From a virus: a stretch of DNA of 64,000 bases. This document shows, piece after piece, positions 39,554 to 48,002 of this stretch. The notes under the pieces were generated by a model. It was not told the origin of the DNA and made no database searches. It was given only the letters and a program-made list of their open reading frames with translations. The DNA is taken from positions 28,720 to 92,719 of IMG/VR virus record IMGVR_UViG_3300005326_000044. One strand, 5' to 3'. Made by a program: the position numbers and the translations under genes. How positions within the stretch are numbered: the first letter of the stretch is position 1; each line of letters opens with the position of its first letter.

Positions 39554-40543
39554 ATGACAACAACCAGTGTTATTACAGGAATCACAGGACAAGACGGGTC
39601 TTATTTAGCTGAGTTATTGTTAGAGTCTGGGTATAAGGTTTATGGTATCATCAGACGTTCTAGTTCTTTCAACACAGCACGTATTGAAGGAATTTATGAA
39701 CATCCCAATCTAAAATTGATTTATGCTGATTTGTCTGATAGCTCAAGCGTTGGTCAAATTGTAGAAGATATAAAGCCAGATTATTTCTACAATCTTGGTG
39801 CGCAATCTCATGTTCGTGTAAGCTTTGATATTCCAGAATACACTTACGATATAACTGGAATAGGCGTTTTGAGATGTTTAGAAGCAATCCGGCGGTTTAG
39901 TCCTAAAACTAGATTCTATCAAGCGAGTTCCAGTGAGCTTTTTGGTTCAACTCCTCCTCCGCAAAATGAATTAACACCGTTTCATCCTAGAAGCCCATAT
40001 GGTGTTGCGAAACTTGCAGGATATTGGACGGTTGTAAATTATAGAGAAAGTTATGGAATATTTGGAAGTAATGGAATTTTATTCAACCATGAATCTCATA
40101 GGCGTGGAGAGACCTTTGTAACTAGAAAAATCACTCGTGCTGTTGGTCGTATTAAACATGGTTTACAACAAGAGCTTCGGCTTGGCAATCTTGAAGCAAA
40201 GAGAGATTGGGGACATTCTAAGGATTTTGTGGCGGCACAAAAGCTTATTCTTGAGCATGACCATCCAGATGATTTTGTAATTGCCACAGGGGAGTCTCAT
40301 TCTGTCCGTGAGTTTGCAGAGAAAGCTTTTTCTTATGCTGGGCTAGACCCATATAAATACATTGGGGTAGACCACAAATACTATAGACCAGCAGAAGTAG
40401 ATTATCTTTTGGGAGATGCCACTAAAGCTAGAAAGATTTTGGGTTGGGAGCCTCAAATTTCCTTTAGTAAACTTGTAGAAGAAATGGTTGAGTCTGATAT
40501 GGAGTTGGCTCGACGTGAAGCCCTTGTCGCAAACAAACTGTAA
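39554..40543 (+). CDS. gmd: GDP-mannose 4,6-dehydratase
   Basis: [65 protein letters not shown]. Confidence 0.97.
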   Translation: MTTTSVITGITGQDGSYLAELLLESGYKVYGIIRRSSSFNTARIEGIYEHPNLKLIYADLSDSSSVGQIVEDIKPDYFYNLGAQSHVRVSFDIPEYTYDITGIGVLRCLEAIRRFSPKTRFYQASSSELFGSTPPPQNELTPFHPRSPYGVAKLAGYWTVVNYRESYGIFGSNGILFNHESHRRGETFVTRKITRAVGRIKHGLQQELRLGNLEAKRDWGHSKDFVAAQKLILEHDHPDDFVIATGESHSVREFAEKAFSYAGLDPYKYIGVDHKYYRPAEVDYLLGDATKARKILGWEPQISFSKLVEEMVESDMELARREALVANKL

Positions 40544-40553
40544 AGGATTCGTC

Positions 40554-42134
40554 ATGAAAAAACTGGTTATACTATTAAATAGCAAGCATGTTTCTAAGGA
40601 AGAATTTGGGACATTAGAAAGTCTTTTAGCTCTTCCAGACACGTTTGTTATGGAACATTATAACGCAGCGTTGTTGCAAAGCTTATTTGCGCAAGGGGAG
40701 GTTGACGGAGTTGTATGTATTGGTGGCACAGGTAATTATAAAGATATTTTGTTAGCTAATAAGATCTGCCCAATTTATTTTCTTGATCATACTGGGTGCG
40801 ATGATTTCGTTACTTCTTTAGTTGATAGAGATAGACTTATTTTTTCTACACATCACATTAGAGAAATTGTTGATATTCATCAGAATTTTGTGCGCGCCGG
40901 TCTTTTGATTAATTCTGGTTGTCGATATGTTGAAGCTGGGTTTGTTTTCAGTAAAGACGGTAAACTGTGCAGAGCTATAGAAAAAAACGCACCAATACCA
41001 ATGCAGGTAGTGGAAGAAGCTTCAAACTTAGGATATGTTCCAAAGTTAAACAAATTTGGGGAAAGCGACAGGTATGTACTTTACAATATAGAAGAAATTC
41101 CGTTTGTAACCAGAGGAACGGAATGGTCGGTTGGACAGTCTGTTGCTATACTTAATTCGCTTCTTGATTTTGAGCTTTATTTACTGGAGCATTCATGTTC
41201 GTTACTAGATCCACATAGTAACAACTTTACATTTAGAAACTCTAAGTTTATTTATTTTGATTATGGATCGATTTCAAACAATATACACAAGTATGGCTTT
41301 TTAGCTCATGTAATGAATTTGGTTATTAAGCCTTGTTTTTACGGAAAGCCGATTGTTGATATTGAATCCTTGGAACGCGAATTTGAAAAATGGTATACCA
41401 AACATAATACTGAAAATCATGATGTAAATGAACTTAAAATGGCCATTGCTGAATTGCGATTGTTAGTGAACAGTATTGTTCTGAACGAGCCCAAATGTTG
41501 TTGGAACACGTATTGCCCCGAGATGTGTTTTACTTTAGAGCAGTTTGAGGCTAATAAATTTCAAAGAAAGAATAAGTACGATTATGTTTTAGATAAGTAT
41601 AAGACATATAAACCAAAGCGCGTTGTCGATTTGGGAGGAAATATTGGCTACTATTCTTTTATGGCTTCAACGCTTGGAGCGCAAGCTTTGGTGCTTGAGA
41701 ATAGGCATAGCGTTTTAGATGAAGGATTCAGTCTTGCTAAGAAACATAACATGAATGTTGATTTTGCATTAATTGACTTGTTCAATGTTGTCGAATCGGC
41801 GGTGAGCGAATATGTTACTAGCGATTCTATATACACTAGATTTCAAGGGGATTTTTGTCTGGCGTCAGCTATTACTCATCATCTATCCCATGGTGGTGAA
41901 AAAAGCTTAAGTTTTGAACGGCAAGTTGAAATGTTTAACAAGCTCACAACCAAGTATCTGTTGGTTGAATTTATTCCAAGCACAGATATTCACGTTAAAA
42001 CGTGGGGGATGCCGGAGAGTTACACCATGGATAACTATATGAAGGAATTGAATAAGTATTTTTCTATTCTTGAGATAGCGGATTCGGAACCTCTTCCGAG
42101 AAAATGGATCTTCTGCGAGAAGAAGTCCAAGTAG
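40554..42134 (+). CDS. NoeA-like protein: kinase-like region + C-terminal SAM methyltransferase
   Basis: IPFVT..EWS..LLDPHSNNF..FDYGS; VVDLGGNIGYYS, AITHHL, LLVEFI. Confidence 0.65.
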   Translation: MKKLVILLNSKHVSKEEFGTLESLLALPDTFVMEHYNAALLQSLFAQGEVDGVVCIGGTGNYKDILLANKICPIYFLDHTGCDDFVTSLVDRDRLIFSTHHIREIVDIHQNFVRAGLLINSGCRYVEAGFVFSKDGKLCRAIEKNAPIPMQVVEEASNLGYVPKLNKFGESDRYVLYNIEEIPFVTRGTEWSVGQSVAILNSLLDFELYLLEHSCSLLDPHSNNFTFRNSKFIYFDYGSISNNIHKYGFLAHVMNLVIKPCFYGKPIVDIESLEREFEKWYTKHNTENHDVNELKMAIAELRLLVNSIVLNEPKCCWNTYCPEMCFTLEQFEANKFQRKNKYDYVLDKYKTYKPKRVVDLGGNIGYYSFMASTLGAQALVLENRHSVLDEGFSLAKKHNMNVDFALIDLFNVVESAVSEYVTSDSIYTRFQGDFCLASAITHHLSHGGEKSLSFERQVEMFNKLTTKYLLVEFIPSTDIHVKTWGMPESYTMDNYMKELNKYFSILEIADSEPLPRKWIFCEKKSK

Positions 42135-42137
42135 ATT

Positions 42138-42440
42138 CTAGGACTTTAGAATCTCCTCAACATCAATCGTTATAACGTTTTCCAAATCTTCATCGTGCAT
42201 GCCTTGGTGCGTTTCGCGGTGGCAATTAGAGCAGATTAGAATGCACCCCTCAAGCTCTTTGAGAAGCAGGTAGTCATCTACTGCCTTCTTGCGGAAGGAA
42301 GAGATTTGGAATTCTTTTTTGGAGGGGTCTAGGTGGTGAAATTCGAGAGCAGCTAGACATTTGCGATAGCCGCAAAGAGCACAACCACCGAAGGTATTGA
42401 CGAGGACTTGTTTGACGGAGGGGCGTTTCTGCTTCGGCAC
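42138..42440 (-). CDS. HNH endonuclease
   Basis: CALCGY..CLAALEFHHLDP..CILICSNCHRETH. Confidence 0.9.
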   Translation of the reverse strand: MPKQKRPSVKQVLVNTFGGCALCGYRKCLAALEFHHLDPSKKEFQISSFRKKAVDDYLLLKELEGCILICSNCHRETHQGMHDEDLENVITIDVEEILKS

Positions 42441-42448
42441 ATGATACT

Positions 42449-42456
42449 AATATATC
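42449..42456 (-). promoter_or_regulatory. GATATATT promoter variant before HNH gene
   Basis: 8 nt before GTG 42440; embedded in an inverted repeat. Confidence 0.45.
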
Positions 42457-42826
42457 ATGCGCGAAGAGCTTTTTCGATTTCTTCCACGATAAATGTGTAA
42501 TCTAGATTCTTGGACCATTCGATTTTAAGCATTTCAAATGTTTCGATATCCAAAACGTCTTTGAGATTACATGACGCCGAGTCAAACGTGTGAGGCGTTA
42601 GGAATTCGTGCAAGCCAAGCGGCCGAGCACGCTTGTATTGAATGGGAGCTTTTTCATAATCGCCACAATACTCCACATGTCCAGGGCGTACAGAACGCAC
42701 AAGCTTTTCCAACTTTTCCGGATTCAATGATGCTCCGTCAACGAATAGGAACTGCACGACAGGTAGCGACCCATCAGTTTCCACAGCGGGAATAATTGTA
42801 GTCATCCATACGAGCAGCGTCTTCAT
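42455..42826 (-). CDS. Hypothetical protein (123 aa; likely start ATG 42826)
   Basis: MKTLLVW...; promoter immediately upstream supports the shorter start. Confidence 0.6.
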   Translation of the reverse strand: MKTLLVWMTTIIPAVETDGSLPVVQFLFVDGASLNPEKLEKLVRSVRPGHVEYCGDYEKAPIQYKRARPLGLHEFLTPHTFDSASCNLKDVLDIETFEMLKIEWSKNLDYTFIVEEIEKALRA

Positions 42827-42832
42827 GCCTAC

Positions 42833-42861
42833 AGCGTAGCACAGGGTAGGTCTGCGGCCAA
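42833..42861 (-). promoter_or_regulatory. Host sigma70-type promoter, leaderless
   Basis: TTGGCC-N17-TACGCT with extended -10 TG; 6 nt to ATG; upstream A tract. Confidence 0.55.
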
Positions 42862-42948
42862 CTGGGGTCAGCGATTTTTTGGTTTTCGTTGGTTTTCTGC
42901 GCGAATTCATGCGCGCATGCCAATAGAAACGAATATCCATGAGGATAC

Positions 42949-44142
42949 ATGGTTGCACGTAAAATTGGTACAATAGCACTGGAATCTTTTGTTGAGGCGG
43001 CTAGTTGGTTGGAAAAGTATGCCAAGCTTACCGACGCTGAGCGGCGCATCATCAACGAAAAGCTATTTAATCAGGAGCCGGTTACTGATGCCGACAGAGA
43101 AAGATGGAGCAAGGGATTGCCAGACGATAAAGATACGGGAGGCGCTTTACAACGTAAGTTGCGAGCTATTTCTGTAGAGCCAAATAAAGAGAACTTGTAT
43201 CAGGACAATTTATATGAGCTATATCAAGTAAGTGACCCACGTCTTACTGATGAACAATTAAAGCAAGAACTTAAATACTTTAATGACAGGCAATGGTTGA
43301 GCCAGGCAAAAAGCGTTAGACAAGACTTTGCTGATGTGCCAGAAGCAGAAATGGTATTATCAGATGGATTTAGGCGCGCAGGATTAAATGTTCTTAGTCA
43401 TGTAGTTGATGATTACAGACGAACTATGAGCGAATCTTTTGATGAAGGAAAAGGAAGCTTGGCATCAAACATTTTTGACGTAACTATACATAGGCTTTTT
43501 GTTGCTGGGGAAATATATCCAATTGTAAAGGAGCTTTATGAGGAATTAAATATTCCAAAAGAAAAAATAGTACAATTATTACATGACGCTTCAGAACTAC
43601 AGGAATATTATACTACAAATCAAGCAGATCTCAATGACCGTGACAAAATGATGATGAAGGAACGATTTCGACCTCTTTTTGCTAAGAGACTTGAAAACTT
43701 TATAAAGACACTTGCTACATATATGTTGGCCGAGTCTGGTTCAAAACCAGCTGAAAAAGATTTTCGAAATGTAAATATTGATAAGTGGTATCTTAGACAA
43801 TCCGACAGGTTGGATAAGATACGAGAGATTCTTAATGTACCACAAATACCGGACCAAAAAACGGATCCAGATAAAACAGCGGTGTCCGGTCATGGTCGCT
43901 CAATGTCATCATTGCCTAATCAATCAAGAACTGTAGTGCAGCCATTAAATAAAGATAATGTTTCAGATGATAATATTGGGGAGGATAAAACTATTTCTGT
44001 TTTGGATAGAACTCAACCAGCTATTCTAAGAGCCAAGATACCATCTTCACCCGAGAAACTTAAAAATGAAAGCGAAGATGTTTTAAGAACACTTGACCCT
44101 GATGAAGCAACAAATCCAAATATCAAAAAACCTGTAAAATAG
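42949..44142 (+). CDS. Hypothetical protein
   Basis: 397-aa ORF with GAGG RBS; helical core, low-complexity C-terminus. Confidence 0.75.
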   Translation: MVARKIGTIALESFVEAASWLEKYAKLTDAERRIINEKLFNQEPVTDADRERWSKGLPDDKDTGGALQRKLRAISVEPNKENLYQDNLYELYQVSDPRLTDEQLKQELKYFNDRQWLSQAKSVRQDFADVPEAEMVLSDGFRRAGLNVLSHVVDDYRRTMSESFDEGKGSLASNIFDVTIHRLFVAGEIYPIVKELYEELNIPKEKIVQLLHDASELQEYYTTNQADLNDRDKMMMKERFRPLFAKRLENFIKTLATYMLAESGSKPAEKDFRNVNIDKWYLRQSDRLDKIREILNVPQIPDQKTDPDKTAVSGHGRSMSSLPNQSRTVVQPLNKDNVSDDNIGEDKTISVLDRTQPAILRAKIPSSPEKLKNESEDVLRTLDPDEATNPNIKKPVK

Positions 44143-44152
44143 AGTCAGGCAC

Positions 44153-44160
44153 GATATATA
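44153..44160 (+). promoter_or_regulatory. GATATATA putative promoter
   Basis: 10 nt before ATG 44171, no SD. Confidence 0.6.
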
Positions 44161-44170
44161 ATCTTTTCAA

Positions 44171-45124
44171 ATGTCTACAACCTATCTTATTACCGGGTCC
44201 GCCGGTTTCATCGGTTCCAATTTAATTCGTTCAATTTTGTACAATCAAAAGGATTGTAAAATCATTAGTGTTGATTCTCTGGAACGGTTAGATTCTAGAA
44301 ACAACTTGTATATCAACAAAGCACACGAATTTCAGGTTGGAAACATCTGCGATAGAGATTTTATCGTTAGAATGACTCATATTTATCAGCCGGACATTAT
44401 TATCAATTTAGCAAAGCCTAATCTATACCGGGAAGATCTTGTTGAGGCTAGAACCAAAGGAGTGTTCAATTTAATTGAAGCGTCTGGATTTCAAAAAACT
44501 AATCCATTAAAGCATTTTATTCAAGTGTCTTGTGCTGACGTTTATGGTGAAGAACCACGCACAAGACCTATAACAGAAAACGAATGTGTAGACCCTCAGA
44601 CATTGAAAGCTTCTTTGAACGTTGCTTCTGAAAATATTGTTCGTACTTTTAATAAAGATTTACCATATACAATTTTGCGATTACCACAGGTGTTTGGGAT
44701 GAGACAAGCTTATGGCTTTGTCCCTGCTGTTATTTATGATAGCGCTAATGGTCATTCTATTTCTCTTATTGAAAAGGGAACAAAAGTTCGCGAGTTGTTG
44801 TATATTGAAGACTTATATTATGCTATTACAACCATTTTAACATCTGACCATTCAAAACAGGAAACTTACAATGTATCTTGCGGTAATGATTTTACAGATG
44901 CTGAACTTGTAGCTTTGATTGCCAGTGAAGCTACTGACTCTGTAATTACTTTGCAAAATGAGCAGCGTGAGCGAGACGACATATTTGATTATGGGTTTTA
45001 TGGTAGTTATGTGAAGCTTAATACAGATAAGATTCGAAGCCTTGGTTGGAAGCCGCAGAAACTTCGTGAAAAATTGAAGTTTACTGTAGGTTGGTATAAG
45101 AATAATCCGTGGATTTTCAAATAG
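44171..45124 (+). CDS. RmlB-like extended SDR protein lacking catalytic residues
   Basis: ITGSAGFIGSN intact; STDEVYG reads SCADVYG; YxxxK position reads KASLN. Confidence 0.8.
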   Translation: MSTTYLITGSAGFIGSNLIRSILYNQKDCKIISVDSLERLDSRNNLYINKAHEFQVGNICDRDFIVRMTHIYQPDIIINLAKPNLYREDLVEARTKGVFNLIEASGFQKTNPLKHFIQVSCADVYGEEPRTRPITENECVDPQTLKASLNVASENIVRTFNKDLPYTILRLPQVFGMRQAYGFVPAVIYDSANGHSISLIEKGTKVRELLYIEDLYYAITTILTSDHSKQETYNVSCGNDFTDAELVALIASEATDSVITLQNEQRERDDIFDYGFYGSYVKLNTDKIRSLGWKPQKLREKLKFTVGWYKNNPWIFK

Positions 45125-45259
45125 AATTCTAGTTATTTTTAGGTATTTTTACTTATGGTAGCAAGAATAACCACGAAAGAAAAAGAAAATAGAACCAAAC
45201 TTATAGTCGTTGATGACATTGGTTTGGATACAGAAGTAGAAGATAACAATGGTGAAAAA

Positions 45260-46564
45260 ATGACCAATGAAGAAAATAAGTTAGATGAAGATAAATTAGC
45301 AGCTTTGAAAGCTAAGATGACAGAAAAAGCAGCGGTAGTAGAAGCTGCGCCTGCCGTTCCCGCTGAAAGACAAGTGAGCCTGAAATTTGGAGTAATTGGT
45401 TTGGGGCAAGGAGGAAGTCGTATTGCTGAAGTTTTCAATGACTTGGGCTATCCAACCATTGTTGCCAACACAGCAACTCAGGATTTGGTTCATATTAATG
45501 TGCCTGAAGACCATAAGCTATTTATGGACATCGGCCTTCAGGGCGCAGCGAAGAACATTGATCGTGGGCAAGAGGCAGCAGAAGCTTATCGTGAAGAGAT
45601 TCAGAAATTAGCTTATGATGTTCTTGGAACCACACAAGTTCTAATTGTAGCTGCCTCTTGTGGCGGTGGGTCAGGTGCTGGAGCAATTTCTACTGTTATT
45701 GAACTTCTTCAAGTAATGGGGAAACCAATTGTAGTAATTGGTGTTCTTCCTATGCATTCGGAAGATGTAAAGACGAAGGCTAACTCATTAGAAACCGTTT
45801 CCAAGCTTGCTGGGCTTGTGAATGGTGGAAAAATTCATAACGTTATCATTATCGATAATGCTCAAATTGAATCTATTTTTGCTGGCGTTAGTCAGATGGA
45901 TTTTTATAAGGTAGCAAATAAAGCAATTGTCGAGCCAATTGATATCTTCAATAATTTCAGTATGCTTCCATCAGATGTAAAGGGTTTAGATTCATCTGAA
46001 TGGGCAACACTCTTCCTCAACGGAGAAGGATTATCTGTCTATGGTCAACTTTCGATTTCGAACTATGAAGAAGACACATCCATCGCAGAAGGAATTATTT
46101 CAAGTCTTTCGGATAACTTGCTCGCCAGCTCTTTCGATCTCAAGCAGGCGCAGGATGTTGGCTTCATGGTGGTAGCCAATAAGGAAGTGTGGAGTAAGGT
46201 GCCTGCTGGTGCCGTAAACTACGCTTCTTTGATGGTTGCTGAAATGTTTGGGAATCCAGGCGGGTTGTTCAAGGGCGTCTATACTCATGACGACCCTGAG
46301 GATGTAATTAAGATTTATACCTTTGTTTCAGGGCTCGGCTTACCTGAAGTAAGACTCAACAGCTTGAAGAAGGAAGTTGAAGTCATGCAGGATGCCCTTA
46401 AGGCAAAAGGGAAAGAACGAACTAATAAACTTAATCTTGACATCAATAAAGATGTTGCTGTTTCAAAGGTAGAGGAACTGAAGAGCCGAATCGCTGCTAA
46501 TCGTAGTGGTTTTGGCAAATTGAATACTTCTTTGGGTGGGATAGTAGATCGTCGAAAGAAGTAA
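45260..46564 (+). CDS. Tubulin/FtsZ-family GTPase (TubZ/RepX-like)
   Basis: GVIGLGQGGSRIA, GAAK, GGGSGAG signature, IIDN, N..I, LDSSE; coiled-coil/basic tail; GGTGA RBS before 45260 (track start 45155). Confidence 0.9.
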   Translation: MTNEENKLDEDKLAALKAKMTEKAAVVEAAPAVPAERQVSLKFGVIGLGQGGSRIAEVFNDLGYPTIVANTATQDLVHINVPEDHKLFMDIGLQGAAKNIDRGQEAAEAYREEIQKLAYDVLGTTQVLIVAASCGGGSGAGAISTVIELLQVMGKPIVVIGVLPMHSEDVKTKANSLETVSKLAGLVNGGKIHNVIIIDNAQIESIFAGVSQMDFYKVANKAIVEPIDIFNNFSMLPSDVKGLDSSEWATLFLNGEGLSVYGQLSISNYEEDTSIAEGIISSLSDNLLASSFDLKQAQDVGFMVVANKEVWSKVPAGAVNYASLMVAEMFGNPGGLFKGVYTHDDPEDVIKIYTFVSGLGLPEVRLNSLKKEVEVMQDALKAKGKERTNKLNLDINKDVAVSKVEELKSRIAANRSGFGKLNTSLGGIVDRRKK

Positions 46565-46579
46565 AAATCAACTAGAGTT

Positions 46580-46618
46580 AAAACAAAAAGCCCGAACTAT
46601 TCGGGCTTTTTGTTTTTT
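46580..46618. terminator. Bidirectional intrinsic terminator
   Basis: Perfect 17-bp IR AAAACAAAAAGCCCGAA-CTA-TTCGGGCTTTTTGTTTT between convergent genes. Confidence 0.9.
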
Positions 46619-46649
46619 AGGAGATAGATGAATCGGTCAGTTATTTCAT

Positions 46650-47810
46650 TTAGTCTTCAATGTTTGGCTCTTGTTCTTTAAGCTCTTTATATGCGGCTGA
46701 ATCATCACTTAAGCGAACACCTGTCTTATAGAAACCGGTTTCAACTCGTTTTTTTTCAGCGTCGATTAGTTGGATAGCGCTCATTACCTTTTTGCGTAAA
46801 CCATCGATTGCAATAAGGCGTTTTGAATCTTCTTTTGCATTAAGAATATCTTTTGTTGCCTCAGCCATTTCCTCGAACATTTGTGTTACATTTAGTTTTT
46901 CAAGCTTTTCATAACCAACTGGGGTGAAGATTTCTGCAACGGTTTTTCCGTTAATTTCTTCTGTCGTCAATTTGCCAATAATCTTTGCCACAAAATAATC
47001 GATCATTTGATCTTTGCTGTTGTCGTGGCGTCGGAAAGAATGCATCGAAGTAGAAGAAGGCTTTTGTTTCTGGAACTTGTTGGTGCGTTCAATAATTTGA
47101 GCCAAGGCCGCATCTCTGGCAGCAGAAGAAATTGAGTTGACATTAGCAATCATATCTTCTCGTATCTTGCGTAGAGTTTCTATATCAGTAGGAGTTAATC
47201 CAGCAATCGAGATTGACTCAGGGTCAGGTACTTCATACCCGTTGATGTTAAGCATTTTTACATCGTGGTTTTCAACAAGGTCTACTGGGCTTGGAGTAGC
47301 TAGATCTTTTTTCTCAACTTCTGCCGCTCTCTTGAAGTTTTTCCACTTATCAAAATGTGGCTTTGAATGCTGAGAAGACATTACCTCTAAAATTACTTCT
47401 TTGATAGCTGTTTTTAGTTCGTCTGATAGTACTGTTTTTGATTTCGCTCCAGCATAGAAATCTTCTAATGACTTCTTTTTTGAAGAAGTCTGCTTGTTGA
47501 AATTATAATCAGCGCAAATTACAGCGAGATTGCAAATAAGGTCATATGCTTTAGGGTCTCCATTTAGAACATCTATTACAGTGTGTGGAAGCGCATTGTA
47601 GATAAGGTTGAACTGCTCTTCGATTAGACGGATATCATTCAATAGTATTTTAGAACCATTATCCGGCTTTGCAACCTCTTCCTCTTCTTCTACCAAAATT
47701 GTACCAGTAGCGGTTTGCATTGCTTTCACAGGTAGCGTTCCGGTCTTAAACCATCTGACAGCTGTTTGATAATTGATTCCGTGCTTGCGTGCCCAATCTG
47801 CTAGTTTCAT
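46650..47810 (-). CDS. IS607/MerR-type HTH DNA-binding protein with unrelated helical C-terminus
   Basis: MKLADWARKHGINYQTAVRWFKTGTLPV..QTATGTILV; no serine recombinase YARVS motif. Confidence 0.75.
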   Translation of the reverse strand: MKLADWARKHGINYQTAVRWFKTGTLPVKAMQTATGTILVEEEEEVAKPDNGSKILLNDIRLIEEQFNLIYNALPHTVIDVLNGDPKAYDLICNLAVICADYNFNKQTSSKKKSLEDFYAGAKSKTVLSDELKTAIKEVILEVMSSQHSKPHFDKWKNFKRAAEVEKKDLATPSPVDLVENHDVKMLNINGYEVPDPESISIAGLTPTDIETLRKIREDMIANVNSISSAARDAALAQIIERTNKFQKQKPSSTSMHSFRRHDNSKDQMIDYFVAKIIGKLTTEEINGKTVAEIFTPVGYEKLEKLNVTQMFEEMAEATKDILNAKEDSKRLIAIDGLRKKVMSAIQLIDAEKKRVETGFYKTGVRLSDDSAAYKELKEQEPNIED

Positions 47811-47872
47811 ATTCGTGCCTTTCTCTAAATGTCAATCACTTTTGTGGTTGAATTTTGTTTTATATATTTATG

Positions 47873-47937
47873 TATCATGAATGATAGATTTGATAACTTT
47901 TTCTATCAAACAAATATCATTCATGATAGAAAAGTTA
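47873..47937. repeat. Array of TATCA/TGATA palindromic sites
   Basis: TATCAT-GA-ATGATA (47873-47886), TGATA-N8-TATCA (47891-47908), TATCAT-TC-ATGATA (47915-47928); near-IR TAACTTTTTCTATCA/TGATAGAAAAGTTA. Confidence 0.8.
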
Positions 47938-48002
47938 GTCGAGCAATATTTTTGCTGTTATATTTATATTGTGAAACTATATACAATTAAAAGAGAATTG
48001 GG

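Noticed and set aside
27320-42134. Host O-antigen/capsule locus (chimeric contig)
   Set aside because: No wzx/wzy/ABC export genes; shares the GATATATA motif with phage genes on both sides
45260-46564. Cellular ftsZ, or proof of a phage nucleus
   Set aside because: No dcw context and divergent motifs; no chimallin-like gene recognisable in this window
46650-47810. Active IS607 element
   Set aside because: No serine-recombinase domain, no tnpB, no evident element ends
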